DNA of 64,000 nucleotides, from contig OZ024741.1 of the NCBI GenBank assembly GCA_964016885.1, forward strand, positions 322,028,001-322,092,000. The letters run 5' to 3'. How positions within the stretch are numbered: the first letter of the stretch is position 1; the number at the start of each line of letters is the position of its first letter. The position numbers and the translations under genes were made by a program. This DNA comes from Eledone cirrhosa (lineage: Eukaryota). Below are positions 12,601-28,600 of the stretch, piece by piece. Under the pieces are notes generated by a model. It saw only the letters and a list, made by a program, of their open reading frames with translations, was not told where the DNA came from and did not search any database.

Positions 12601-15600
12601 TGTGTGTTGTTGTTATTGCTGTGATGGTGTTATGTCTGTGTTGTTATTGCTGTGATGGTGTTATGTCTGTGTTGTTGTTATTGCTGTGATGATGTTATAT
12701 ATGTGTTGTTATTGCTGTGATGATGTTATGTCTGTGTGTTGTTGTTATTGCTGTGATGGTGTTATGTCTGTGTTGTTATTGCTGTGATGGTGTTATGTCT
12801 GTGTTGTTGTTATTGCTGTGATGATGTTATATCTGTGTTGTTATTGCTGTGATGGTGTTATGTCTGTGTGTTGTTGTTATTGCTGTGATGGTGTTATATC
12901 TGTGTTGTTATTGCTGTGATGGTGTTATGTCTGTGTGTTGTTGTTATTGCTGTGATGGTGTTATATCTGTGTTGTTATTGCTGTGATGGTGTTATGTCTG
13001 TGTGTTGTTGTTATTGCTGTGATGTTGTTATATCTGTGTTGTTATTGCTGTGATGGTGTTATGTCTGTGTGTTGTTGTTATTGCTGTGATGTTGTTATAT
13101 CTGTGTTGTTATTGCTGTGATGGTGTTATGTCTGTGTGTTGTTGTTATTGCTGTGATGATGTTATATCTGTGTTGTTATTGCTGTGATGTTATCTCTGTG
13201 TTGTTGCTGTGATGGTGTTATGTCTGTGATGGTGTTATGTCTGTGTTGTTGTTATTGCTGTGATGGTGTTATGTCTGTGTGTTGTTGTTATCTCTCTGTG
13301 TTGTTGTTATTGCTGTGATGGTGTTATGTCTGTGTGTTGTTGTTATTGCTGTGATGTTGTTATATCTGTGTTGTTATTGCTGTGATGGTGTTATGTCTGT
13401 GTGTTGTTGTTATTGCTGTGATGATGTTATATCTGTGTTGTTATTGCTGTGATGTTATCTCTGTGTTGTTGCTGTGATGGTGTTATGTCTGTGATGGTGT
13501 TATGTCTGTGTTGTTGTTATTGCTGTGATGGTGTTATGTCTGTGTGTTGTTGTTATTGCTGTGATGTTGTTATATCTGTGTTGTTATTGCTGTGATGGTG
13601 TTATGTCTGTGTTGTTGTTATTGCTGTGATGTTGTTATGTCTGTGTTGTTGTTATTGCTGTGATGATGTTATATCTGTGTTGTTATTGCTGTGATGGTGT
13701 TATGTCTGTGTGTTGTTGTTATTGCTGTGATGTTGTTATGTCTGTGTTGTTGTTATTGCTGTGATGGTGTTATGTCTGTGTGCTGTTGTTATGTCTGTGT
13801 GTTGTTGTTATTGCTGTGATGTTGTTATGTCTGTGTTGTTGTTATTGCTATGATGTTGTTATGTCTGTGTTGTTATTGCTGTGATGTTGTTATGTCTGTG
13901 TTGTTGTTATTGCTGTGATGTTGTTATGCCTGTGTTGTTGTTATTGCTGTGATGTTATCTCTGTGTTGTTGTTGCTGTGATGGTGTTATGTCTGTGTGCT
14001 GTTGTTATTGCTGTGATGTTGTTATGTCTGTGTTGTTGTTATTGCTGTGATGTTGTTATGTCTGTGTTGTTGTTATTGCTGTGATGTTGTTATGTCTGTG
14101 TTGTTGTTATTGCTGTGATGTTGTTATGTCTGTGTGTTGTTGTTGCTGTGATGGTGTTATGTCTGTGTTGTTGTTATTGCTGTGATGGTGTTATGTCTGT
14201 GTTGTTGTTATTGCTGTGATGTTATCTCTGTGTTGTTGCTGTGATGGTGTTATGTCTGTGATGGTGTTATGTCTGTGTTGTTGTTATTGCTGTGATGTTG
14301 TTATGTCTGTGTTGTTGTTATTGCTGTGATGATGTTATATCTGTGTTGTTATTGCTGTGATGGTGTTATGTCTGTGTGTTGTTGTTATTGCTGTGATGTT
14401 GTTATGTCTGTGTTGTTGTTATTGCTGTGATGGTGTTATGTCTGTGTGCTGTTGTTATGTCTGTGTGTTGTTGTTATTGCTGTGATGTTGTTATGTCTGT
14501 GTTGTTGTTATTGCTATGATGTTGTTATGTCTGTGTTGTTATTGCTGTGATGTTGTTATGTCTGTGTTGTTGTTATTGCTGTGATGTTGTTATGCCTGTG
14601 TTGTTGTTATTGCTGTGATGTTATCTCTGTGTTGTTGTTGCTGTGATGGTGTTATGTCTGTGTGCTGTTGTTATTGCTGTGATGTTGTTATGTCTGTGTT
14701 GTTGTTATGGCTGTGATGTTGTTATGTCTGTGTTGTTGTTATTGCTGTGATGTTGTTATGTCTGTGTTGTTGTTATTGCTGTGATGTTGTTATGTCTGTG
14801 TGTTGTTGTTGCTGTGATGGTGTTATGTCTGTGTTGTTGTTATTGCTGTGATGGTGTTATGTCTGTGTTGTTGTTATTGCTGTGATGTTATCTCTGTGTT
14901 GTTGCTGTGATGGTGTTATGTCTGTGATGGTGTTATGTCTGTGTTGTTGTTATTGCTGTGATGTTGTTATGTCTGTGTTGTTGTTATTGCTGTGATGATG
15001 TTATATCTGTGTTGTTATTGCTGTGATGGTGTTATGTCTGTGTGTTGTTGTTATTGCTGTGATGATGTTATATCTGTGTTGTTATTGCTGTGATGGTGTT
15101 ATGTCTGTGTTGTTGTTATTGCTGTGATGTTATTTCTGTGTTGTTGTTATTGCTGTGATGTTGTTATCTCTGTGTTGTTGTTATTATTGCTGTGATGTTA
15201 TCTCTGTGTTGTTGTTATTGCTGTGATGATGTTATATCTGTGTTGTTATTGCTGTGATGGTGTTATGTCTGTGTGTTGTTGTTATTGCTGTGATGTTGTT
15301 ATGTCTGTGTTGTTGTTATTGCTGTGATGGTGTTATGTCTGTGTGCTGTTATTGCTGTGATGTTGTTATGTCTGTGTTGTTGTTATTGCTATGATGTTGT
15401 TATGTCTGTGTTGTTATTGCTGTGATGTTGTTATGTCTGTGTTGTTGTTATTGCTGTGATGTTGTTATGTCTGTGTTGTTGTTATTGCTGTGATGTTATC
15501 TCTGTGTTGTTGTTGCTGTGATGGTGTTATGTCTGTGTGCTGTTGTTATTGCTGTGATGTTATGTCTGTGTTGTTGTTATTGCTGTGATGGTGTTATGTC

Positions 15601-16952
15601 TGTGTTGTTGTTATTGCTGTGATGTTGTTATGTCTGTGTTGTTGTTATTGCTGTGATGTTGTTATGTCTGTGTTGTTGTTATTGCTGTGATGTTGTTATG
15701 TCTGTGTGTTGTTGTTGCTGTGATGGTGTTATGTCTGTGTTGTTGTTATTGCTGTGATGGTGTTATGTCTGTGTTGTTGTTATTGCTGTGATGTTGTTAT
15801 GTCTGTGTTGTTGTTATTGCTGTGATGTTATCTCTGTGTTCTTGTTGCTGTGATGTTGTTATGTCTGTGTTGTTGTTATTGCTGTGATGTTATCTCTGTG
15901 TTGTTATTGCTGTGATGTTGTTATGTCTGTGTGTTGTTGTTGCTGTGATGGTGTTATGTCTGTGTGTTGTTATTGCTGTGATGTTGTTATGTCTGTGTTG
16001 TTGTTATTGCTGTGATGTTGTTATCTGTGTGTTGTTGTTATTGCTGTGATGGTGTTATGTCTGTGTGCTGTTGTTATTGCTGTGATGGTGTTATGTCTGT
16101 GTGTTGTTGTTATGTCTGTGTTGTTGTTATTGCTGTGATGGTGTTATGTCTGTGTGTTGTTGTTATTGCTGTGATGTTGTTATGTCTGTGTTGTTGTTAT
16201 TGCTGTGATGTTGTTATCTCTGTGTTATTATTGCTGTGATGTTGTTATCTCTGTGTTGTTGTTATTGCTGTGATGTTGTTATCTCCGTGTTGTTGTTATT
16301 GCTGTGATGTTGTTATGTCTGTGTTGTTGTTATTGCTGTGATGTTGTTATGTCTGTGTTGTTGTTATTGCTGTGATGGTGTTATCTCTGTGTTGTTGTTA
16401 TTGCTGTGATGGTGTTATGTCTGTGTGTTGTTGTTATTGCTGTGATGATGTTATATCTGTGTTGTTATTGCTGTGATGGTGTTATGTCTGTGTGCTGTTG
16501 TTATTGCTGTGATGTTGTTATGTCTGTGTGCTGTTGTTATTGCTGTGATGGTGTTATGTCTGTGTGTTGTTGTTATTGCTGTGATGTTATTATCTCTGTG
16601 TTGTTGTTATTGCTGTGATGTTATCTCTGTGTTGTTGTTATTGCTGTGATGTTGTTATGTCTGTGTATTGTTGTTATTGCTGTGATGTTGTTATCTCTGT
16701 GTTGTTGTTATTGCTGTGAAATTGTTATATCTGTGTTGTTGTTATTGCTGTGATGTTGTTATCTGTGTGTTGTTGTTATTGCTGTGATGTTGTTATCTCT
16801 GTGTTGTGTGTATTACTGTAATGTTGTTATATCTGTGTGTTGCTGTTATTGCTGTGATGTTGTTATGTCTGTGTGTTGTTGTTATTGCTGTGATGTTGTT
16901 ATGTCTGTGTGTTGTTGTTATCTCTCTGTGTTGTTGTTATTGCTGTGATGGT
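9700..16952. repeat. GT-rich minisatellite, 30/33/35-bp variant units, ~7.2 kb
   Basis: Unit GTTATTGCTGTGATG(G/T/A)TGTTAT(G/A/C)TCTGTGTT(GTT) throughout. Confidence 0.97.
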
Positions 16953-17356
16953 GCAGCTGTTGTTATTCTTGTGTTATCCCACAATGTTGTTGATATTGTT
17001 GTTCTCGTTGTGTTATCCCTCTATATGTCATTGTTGCTATTCCTCAATGTTATTGTAGTTGTTATTGTTGTGTTATCATTGCTTCATTTTATTACATTTC
17101 AACATGTAATACTGTTAATCATCCATTCGTTTAAAGTTGCTTTGTCTGCAACTGAGGAATTGAGAAACCATTCCTTTGAGTATGGGGGTGGAGGTGAGGT
17201 GTTCTGTACCTGGTAGTATCTTCTTCTCCTCCTCCTTGATGTTTGTGTATTGAAGGTGGATTGGTGTATATATGTTTGTTTGTGAGACTTCCCTCTCTAC
17301 ATGCATGTTAGTCTATCTGCCTGTCATATATATATATATATATATACACATATATA

Positions 17357-17520
17357 TCATCATCATCATTTAATGTCCATCTTCCACGCTAGCATGGGTT
17401 AGACGGTTTTGTTCCATTTGATGCGGGAATGGTCGGGAGAGCATGCCTCGCTCGCATGGAAGCGTCTCTGGCAGGTTTTTTACAGCTGGATGCCCTTCCT
17501 AACACCAACCACATTTACAA
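17357..17520 (-). mobile_element. retroposon 3' tail module
   Basis: (CAT)n...CCACGCTAGCATGGGTT...TACAGCTGGATGCCCTTCCTAACACCAACCAC. Confidence 0.8.
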
Positions 17521-17653
17521 TGTATATATCTATATATTGTAAAGAGCTAGTGTCCGACGGGTGAGCTGTTACCTTTCGATGGTGAATGGATAACTGAATT
17601 ATTTTTTCACTTTCAGCTATTTCCAAACCCTTCAGGCAAACATTTGCAGACAT

Positions 17654-17654
<1 letters not shown>

Positions 17655-17715
<61 letters not shown>
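17655..17715. repeat. (CA)n microsatellite
   Basis: Direct reading. Confidence 0.95.
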
Positions 17716-17718
<3 letters not shown>

Positions 17719-18509
17719 TTAACAGTCAGATTCTTCGTTACTTCTAACCACCCCAATTGAGACAATTAGCAAAAGGACACAAAAAACGTTTACTCTGTAA
17801 CTTTTCTTCTCTTCCCCACACCTATCTTCCCCCATTTTTCCATTTACCCAGAACGTCAATCAGATCAGACCAAGAACACAATGTCTCTTTTCATTGTTGA
17901 TACTATCTGTTGGTCCCAATTCCTACTAAAAGGAGGCAAACTTTGAGCTCAGAAGGTACAGAATTGGATCAAATGCTTCAAGGCCTTCTGTCTGAACCTT
18001 TAACTATCATATCGGCCCTCACATCAGACAGATGATACTACAAGGCACTGTCTGACTCTTTAACAATTAGGGCACCACTCCTATTAGACAGGTACTGCAA
18101 GGAATTCTATCTGATTCTTTAACTATTACAGTCACCCCCATCCATTGCTATTATATTTATTCCCCCAAAAATATTTGAAAGGCTAAGTTCATTGCCCTCA
18201 ATGGGATTTGAACTTAAAGTGCAGAGAGCCAGAAGAAATACCAAAGCATTTAATCCGATGTTCTAATGACTCTTCTAATTCATTTATGGTATGGTTCTCA
18301 GAGACCGAGATTATATTCCTCTCCTTGCAATCAAAACTTTCCTCAATCCCTCCACCATTTTGAATTGTCATCTAGAAATTTTCAGCTGAGCGCCATATTG
18401 ACATTAGCAAGCTTTTCTAACTTCAATGGTTGGATGGGCTTAAATGGAGTTAAGACTAAAGCAGTAAGTAGTTTATTTATTGTGAACTGTTGATTTGTGA
18501 TTTCCCTTA

Positions 18510-19658
18510 TAGTTGTATATATCAGTATTTCATTTGATATATATATACAATTTGCACTACAGTTGGCTACATTGGTATTTCATTTGAATATACACTATAG
18601 ATTGGGTATATTGCTATTTCATTTGATATACACACAATATACACTATAGTAGGGTATATTGCTATTTCATTTGATATATACACAATATACACTATAGTAG
18701 GGTATATTGCTATTTCATTTGATATATACACAATATACACTGCAGTGGAGGAGGGTGCTCTGAAAATACAGTAGCTAGAGTCAGAACTGGGTGGAAAAAG
18801 TTCAGAGAGCTTATACCACTATTAGACGCTAAAGGGTTCTCCCTAAAATTGAAAGGCAGGCTGTACGATGCCTGCATACGAACAGCAATGTTGCATGGCA
18901 GTGAGACCTGGGCATTGTGTGCAGAGGATATACGCAGACTAGAGAGAAACGAAGCTTGCATGCTCCGCTGGATGTGTAATAGTAATATACGTGAACGACA
19001 AAGCATAAACGAACTAAGGAAAAGATTAGAAATAAGAGGGATCAGATGTTGTTTACTAGAGAGAAGGCTACGTTGGTATGGTCACGTGATACGCATGAAG
19101 GACGATAGCTGTATAACAAAGTGCAGGGCAATAAAGATAGACGGTAGCCACGGAATAGGCAGACCCAGAAAAACCTGGGACGAGCTGATAAACTCCAACC
19201 TCACACACTTACACTTCACCAAGACAATGTCACTGGACCGAGACCTTTGGCGGTACTCAGTAATAGAGAATACCCGCCTTACCTAAATACAAAGTAAAAC
19301 CTACTACAGTCAGTAGGCATCTCTAACAAAATACACCCCCGTCCCACCACCCCCACCCCATCCACACCGCCCCCTTCTATGTAAAGTTATGTTGGTGCCA
19401 CACCATCCAGGCCGAAACAAATGAGATCGTGTAGGTGTCACGACAAAAAAACACACACTCCACGCTGTAATGTGGCCGTGTAGGCAACACGGTAAAAACC
19501 TCCCAGACCCACACTGTAAATGTGGTTGGTGTTAGGAAGGGCATCCAACTGTAGAAAACCTGCCAGACAGTCCTATGCGAACAAGACAATTACTCTTGCC
19601 TCAAGTGGGAAAACCCCCGCCCAAACCCATGCAAGCGTGGAACACGGACGTTAAACGT

Positions 19659-19691
<33 letters not shown>

Positions 19692-22600
19692 CACTATAGA
19701 TTGGGTATATTGCTATTTCATTTGATATACACACAATATACACTATAGATTGGGTATATTGCTATTTCATTTGATATATACACACATATACACTATAGTA
19801 GGGTATATTGCTATTTCATTTGATATACACACAATATAGACTATAGTTGGGTCAATTGATATTTCATTTGATATAAACACAATATACACTATAGTAGGGT
19901 AGTAGGGTATATTTCTATTTCATTTGATATACACACAATATAGACTATAGTTGGGTCAATTGATATTTCATTTGATATATACACAATATACACTATAGTA
20001 GGGTATATTGCTATTTCATTTAATATGTACACAATATACACTATAGTAGGGAATATTGCTATTTCATTTGATATATATACACAATATACACTATAGATTG
20101 GGTATATTGCTATTTCATTTGATATATACACAATATACACTATAGTAGGGTATATTGCTATTTCATTTGATATACACACAATACACACTATAGTAGGGTA
20201 TATTGCTATTTCATTTGATATATACACAATATAGACTATAGTAGGGTATATTGCTATTTCATTTGATATACACACAATACACACTATAGTAGGGTATATT
20301 GCTATTTCATTTGATATATACACAATATACACTATAGTAGGGTATATTGCTATTTCATTTGATATACACACAATATACACTATAGTAGGGTATATTGCTA
20401 TTTCATTTGATATACACACAATACACACTATAGTAGGGTATATTGCTATTTCATTTGATATATACACAATATACACTATAGTAGGGTATATTGCTATTTC
20501 ATTTGATATACACACAATATACACTATAGTAGGGTATATTGCTATTTCATTTGATATACACACAATACACACTATAGTAGGGTATATTGCTATTTCATTT
20601 GATATATACATAATATACACTATAGTAGGGTATATTGGTATTTCATTTGATATACACACAATATACACTATAGTTGGGTATATTGCTATTTCATTTGATA
20701 TATACACAATATACACTATAGTAGGGTATATTGATATTTCATTTGATATATACACAATATACACTATAGTAGGGTATATTGGTATTTCATTTGATATATA
20801 CACAATATACACTATAGTAGGGTAGTAGGGTATATTGCTATTTCATTTGATATATACACAATATACACTATAGTAGGGTAGTAGGGTATATTGGTATTTC
20901 ATTTGATATATACACAATATACACTATAGTAGGGTATATTGGTATTTCATTTGATATATACTCAATATACACTATAGATTGGGTATATTTCTATTTCATT
21001 TGATATACACTCAATATACACTATGGTTGGGTATATTGCTATTTCATTTGATATATACACAATATACACTATAGTTGGGTATATTGGTATTTCATTTGAT
21101 ATATACACAATATACACTAAGTTGAGTATACTGATATTTCATTTGATATATACACAATATACACTATAGTTGGGTATATTGCTATTTCATTTGATATATA
21201 CACAATATACACTATAGTTGGGTATATTGCTATTTCATTTGATATATACACAATATACACTATAGTAGGGTATATTGCTATTTCATTTGATATACACACA
21301 ATATATACTATAGTTGGGTATATTGGTATTTCATTTGATATATACACAATATACACTATAGTAGGGTATATTGCTATTTCATTTGATATATACACAATAT
21401 ACACTATAGTTGGGTATATTGGTATTTCATTTGATATATACACAATATACACTATAGTAGGGTATATTGCTATTTCATTTGATATACACACAATATACAC
21501 TGTAGTAGGGTATATTGCTATTTCATTTGATATACACACAATATACACTATAGTAGGGTATATTGCTATTTCATTTGATATACACACAATATACACTATA
21601 GTAGGGTATATTGCTATTTCATTTGATATACACACAATATACACTATAGTAGGGTATATTGCTATTTCATTTGATATATACACAATATACACTATAGTAG
21701 GGTATATTGCTATTTCATTTGATATACACACAATATACACTATAGTAGGGTATATTGATATTTCATTTGATATATACACAATATAAACTATAGTAGGGTA
21801 TATTGCTATTTCATTTGATATACACACAATATACACTATAGTTGGGTATATTGCTATTTCATTTGATATACACACAATATACACTATAGTAGGGTATATT
21901 GCTATTTCATTTGATATATACACAATATAAACTATAGTTGAGTATACTGATATTTCATTTGATATATACACAATATACACTATAGTTGGGTATATTGCTA
22001 TTTCATTTGATATATACACAATATACACTATAGTTGGGTATATTGCTATTTCATTTGATATATACACAATATACACTATAGTAGGGTATATTGCTATTTC
22101 ATTTGATATACACACAATATATACTATAGTTGGGTATATTGGTATTTCATTTGATATATACACAATATACACTATAGTAGGGTATATTGCTATTTCATTT
22201 GATATATACACAATATACACTATAGTTGGGTATATTGGTATTTCATTTGATATATACACAATATACACTATAGTAGGGTATATTGCTATTTCATTTGATA
22301 TACACACAATATACACTGTAGTAGGGTATATTGCTACTTCATTTGATATACACACAATATACACTATAGTAGGGTATATTGCTATTTCATTTGATATACA
22401 CACAATATACACTATAGTAGGGTATATTGCTATTTCATTTGATATACACACAATATACACTATAGTAGGGTATATTGCTATTTCATTTGATATATACACA
22501 ATATACACTATAGTAGGGTATATTGCTATTTCATTTGATATACACACAATATACACTATAGTAGGGTATATTGATATTTCATTTGATATATACACAATAT

Positions 22601-25600
22601 AAACTATAGTAGGGTATATTGCTATTTCATTTGATATACACACAATATACACTATAGTTGGGTATATTGCTATTTCATTTGATATACACACAATATACAC
22701 TATAGTAGGGTATATTGCTATTTCATTTGATATATACACAATATACACTATAGTTGGGTATATTGCTATTTCATTTGATATACACACAATATACACTATA
22801 GTATGGTATATTGCTATTTCATTTGATATATATACAATATACACTATAGTAGGGTATATTGCTATTTCATTTGATATATACACAATATACAATATAGTAG
22901 GGTATATTGCTATTTCATTTGATATACACACAATATACACTATAGTTGGGTATATTGCTATTTCATTTGATATATATACAATATACAATATAGTAGGGTA
23001 TATTGCTATTTCATTTGATATACACACAATATACACTATAGTTGGGTATATTGATATTTAATTTGATATATATACAATATACACTATAGTAGTGTATATT
23101 GGTATTTCATTTGATATATACACAATATACACTATAGTTGGGTATATTGATATTTCATTTGATATAAACACAATATACACTATAGTAGGGTATATTGCTA
23201 TTTCATTTGATATACACACAATATACACTATAGTTGGGTCAATTGATATTTCATTTGATATAAACACAATATACACTATAGTAGGGTATATTGCTATTTC
23301 ATTTGATATACACACAATATACACTATAGTTGGGTATATTGATATTTCATTTGATATATACACAATATACACTATAGATTGGGTACATTGGTATTTCATT
23401 TGATATACACACAATATACACTATAGTTGGGTATATTGCTATTTCATTTGATATATATACAATATACACTATAGTAGTGTATATTGGTATTTCATTTGAT
23501 ATATACACAATATACACTATAGTTGGGTCAATTGATATTTCATTTGATATAAACACGATATACACTATAGTATGGTATATTGCTATTTCATTTGATATAC
23601 ACACAATATACACTATAGTTGGGTATATTGATATTTCATTTGATATACACACAATATACACTATAGTAGGGTATATTGCTATTTCATTTGATATATACAC
23701 AATATACACTATAGTAGGGTAGTAGGGTATATTGCTATTTCATTTGATATATACAATATACATTATAGTAGGGTATATTGCTATTTCATTTGATATATAT
23801 ACAATATACACTATAGTTGGGTATATTGCTATTTCATTTGATATATACACAATATACACTATAGTAGGGTATATTGCTATTTCATTTGATATAAACACAA
23901 TATACACTATAGTAGGGTAGTGGGCATATTGCTATGTCATTTGATATATACACAAATATTCATTTGATATATACAATATACACTATAGATTGGGTATATT
24001 GGTATTTCATTTGATATATACACAATATACACTATAGTAGGGTATATTGGTATTTCATTTGATATATACTCAATATACACTATAGATTGGGTATATTGCT
24101 ATTTCATTTGATATACACTCAATATACACTATGGTTGGGTATATTGCTATTTCATTTCATATACACACAATATACACTATAGTAGTGTATATTGCTATTT
24201 CATTTCATATACACACAATATACACTATAGTTGGGTATATTGCTATTTCATTTGATATACACACAATATACACTATAGTTGGGTATATTGATATTTCATT
24301 TGATATACACACAATATACACTATAGTAGGGTATATTGCTATTTCATTTGATATATACACAATATACACTATAGTATGGTATATTGGTATTTCATTTGAT
24401 ATATACACAATATACACTATAGTCGGGTATATTGGGATTTCATTTGATATATACACAATATACACTATAGTAGGGTAGTAGGGTATATTGCTATTTCATT
24501 TGATATATACACACATATACACTATAGTAGGCTATATTGCTATTTCATTTGATATACACACAATATACACTATAGTAGGGTATATTGCTATTTCATTTGA
24601 TATACACACAATATACACTATAGTTGGGTATATTGCTATTTCATTTGATATACACACAATATACACTTTAGTAGGGTATATTGCTATTTCATTTGATATA
24701 TATACAATATACACTTTAGTAGGGTATATTGCTATTTCATTTGATATATATACAATATACACTATAGTAGGGTATATTGCTATTTCATTTGATATATACA
24801 TAATATACACTATAGTAGGGTATATTGATATTTCATTTGATATATATACAATATACACTATAGATTGGGTATATTGCTATTTCATTTGATATACACACAA
24901 TATACACTATAGTAGGGTATATTGCTATTTCATTTGATATACACACAATATAGACTATAGTTGGGTCAATTGATATTTCATTTGATATATACACAATATA
25001 CACTATAGTAGGGTATATTGCTATTTCATTTGATATATACACAATATACACTATAGATTGGGTATATTGCTATTTCATTTGATATATACACAATATACAC
25101 TATAGTAGGGGATATTGCTATTTCATTTGATATACACACAATATAGACTATAGTTGGGTCAATTGATATTTCATTTGATATATACACAATATACACTATA
25201 GTAGGGTAGTGGGCATATTGCTATGTCATTTGATATATACACAACATACACTATAGTAGGGTATATTGGAATTTCATTTGATATACACACAATATACACT
25301 ATAGATTGGGTATATTGGTATTTCATTTGATATACACACAATATACACTATATTAGGGTATATTGCTATTTCATTTGATATATACTCAATATACACTATA
25401 GATTGGTTATATTGCTATTTCATTTGATATATACACAATATAAACTAGAGTAGGGTATATTGCTATTTCATTTGATATATATACAATATACACTATAGTA
25501 GGGTATATTGATATTTCATTTGATATATACACAATATACACTGTAGTAGGGTATATTGCTATTTCATTTGATATACACACAATATACACTATAGTAGGGT

Positions 25601-28600
25601 ATATTGCTATTTCATTTGATATACACACAATATACACTATAGTAGGGTATATTGCTATTTCATTTGATATACACACAATATACACTATAGTAGGGTATAT
25701 TGCTATTTCATTTGATATACACACAATATACACTATAGATTGGGTATATTGCTATTTCATTTGATATATACACAATATACACTATAGTAGGGTATATTGA
25801 TATTTCATTTGATATACACACAATATACACTATAGTAGGGTATATTGATATTTCATTTGATTTACACACAATATACACTATAGTAGGGTATATTGGTATT
25901 TCATTTGATATATACTCAATATACACTATAGTAGGGTATATTGCTATTTCATTTGATATATACACAATATACACTATAGATTGGTTATATTGCTATTTCA
26001 TTTGATATATACACAATATACACTATAGATTGGGTATATTGGTATTTCATTTGATATACACTCAATATACACTAAAGTTGGGTATATTGCTATTTCATTT
26101 GATATATACACAATATACACTATAGTAGGGTATATTGCTATTTCATTTGATATATACACAATATACACTATAGTAGGGTATATTGCTATTTCATTTGATA
26201 TATACACAATATACACTATAGTAGGGTATATTGGTATTTCATTTGATATATACACAATATAAACTAGAGTAGGGTATATTGCTATTTCATTTGATATACA
26301 CACAATATACACTATAGTTGGGTATATTGCTAATTCATTTGATATATACACAATATACACTATAGTAGGGTATATTGCTATTTCATTTGATATATACACA
26401 ATATACACTATAGTTGGGTATATTGCTATTTCATTTGATATATACACAATATACACTATAGTAGGGTATATTGCTATTTCATTTGATATATATACAATAT
26501 ACACTATAGTTGGGTATATTGCTATTTCATTTGATATATACACAATATACACTATAGTAGGGTATATTGCTATTTCATTTGATATATACACAATATACAC
26601 TATAGTAGGGTATATTGCTATTTCATTTGATATATACACAATATACACTATAGTTGGGTATATTGCTATTTCATTTGATATATACACAATATACACTATA
26701 GATTGGTTATATTGCTATTTCATTTGATATATACACAATATACACTATAGATTGGTTATATTGCTATTTCATTTGATATATACACAATATACACTATAGA
26801 TTGGTTATATTGCTATTTCATTTGATATATACACAATATACACTATAGATTGGTTATATTGCTATTTCATTTGATATATACACAATATACACTATAGATT
26901 GGTTATATTGCTATTTCATTTGATATATACACAATATACACTATAGATTGGTTATATTGCTATTTCATTTGATATATACACAATATACACTATAGATTGG
27001 TTATATTGCTATTTCATTTGATATATACACAATATACACTATAGATTGGTTATATTGCTATTTCATTTGATATATACACAATATACACTATAGATTGGTT
27101 ATATTGCTATTTCATTTGATATATACACAATATACACTATAGATTGGTTATATTGCTATTTCATTTGATATATACACAATATACACTATAGATTGGTTAT
27201 ATTGCTATTTCATTTGATATATACACAATATACACTATAGATTGGTTATATTGCTATTTCATTTGATATATACACAATATACACTATAGATTGGTTATAT
27301 TGCTATTTCATTTGATATATACACAATATACACTATAGATTGGTTATATTGCTATTTCATTTGATATATACACAATATACACTATAGATTGGTTATATTG
27401 CTATTTCATTTGATATATACACAATATACACTATAGATTGGTTATATTGCTATTTCATTTGATATATACACAATATACACTATAGATTGGTTATATTGCT
27501 ATTTCATTTGATATATACACAATATACACTATAGATTGGTTATATTGCTATTTCATTTGATATATACACAATATACACTATAGATTGGTTATATTGCTAT
27601 TTCATTTGATATATACACAATATACACTATAGATTGGTTATATTGCTATTTCATTTGATATATACACAATATACACTATAGATTGGTTATATTGCTATTT
27701 CATTTGATATATACACAATATACACTATAGATTGGTTATATTGCTATTTCATTTGATATATACACAATATACACTATAGATTGGTTATATTGCTATTTCA
27801 TTTGATATATACACAATATACACTATAGTAGGGTATATTGCTATTTCATTTGATATATACACAATATACACTATAGTTGGGTATATTGCTATTTCATTTG
27901 ATATACACACAATATACACTATAGTAGGGTATATTGCTATTTCATTTGATATATACACAATATACACTATAGTAGGGTATATTGCTAATTCATTTGATAT
28001 ACACACAATATACACTATAGTAGGGTATATTGCTATTTCATTTGATATACACACAATATACACTATAGATTGGTTATATTGCTATTTCATTTGATATATA
28101 TACAATATACACTATAGATTGGTTATATTGCTATTTCATTTGATATATACACAATATACACTATAGATTGGTTATATTGCTATTTCATTTGATATATACA
28201 CAATATACACTATAGTAGGGTATATTGGTATTTCATTTGATATATATACAATATACACTATAGTAGGGTATATTGGTATTTCATTTGATATATATACAAT
28301 ATACACTATAGTAGGGTATATTGATATTTCATTTGATATATACACAATATACACTATAGTAGGGTATATTGGTATTTCATTTGATATATACACAATATAC
28401 ACTATAGTAGGGTAGTAGGGTATATTGCTATTTCATTTGATATATACACAATATACACTATAGTAGGGTAGTAGGGTATATTGGTATTTCATTTGATATA
28501 TACACAATATACACTATAGTAGGGTATATTGGTATTTCATTTGATATATACTCAATATACACTATAGATTGGGTATATTTCTATTTCATTTGATATACAC

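Noticed and set aside
9546-17216. Cys/Val-rich ORFs (CCCYCCDGVMSV)
   Set aside because: Translations of the GT minisatellite with constant frameshifts; not a metallothionein-like gene
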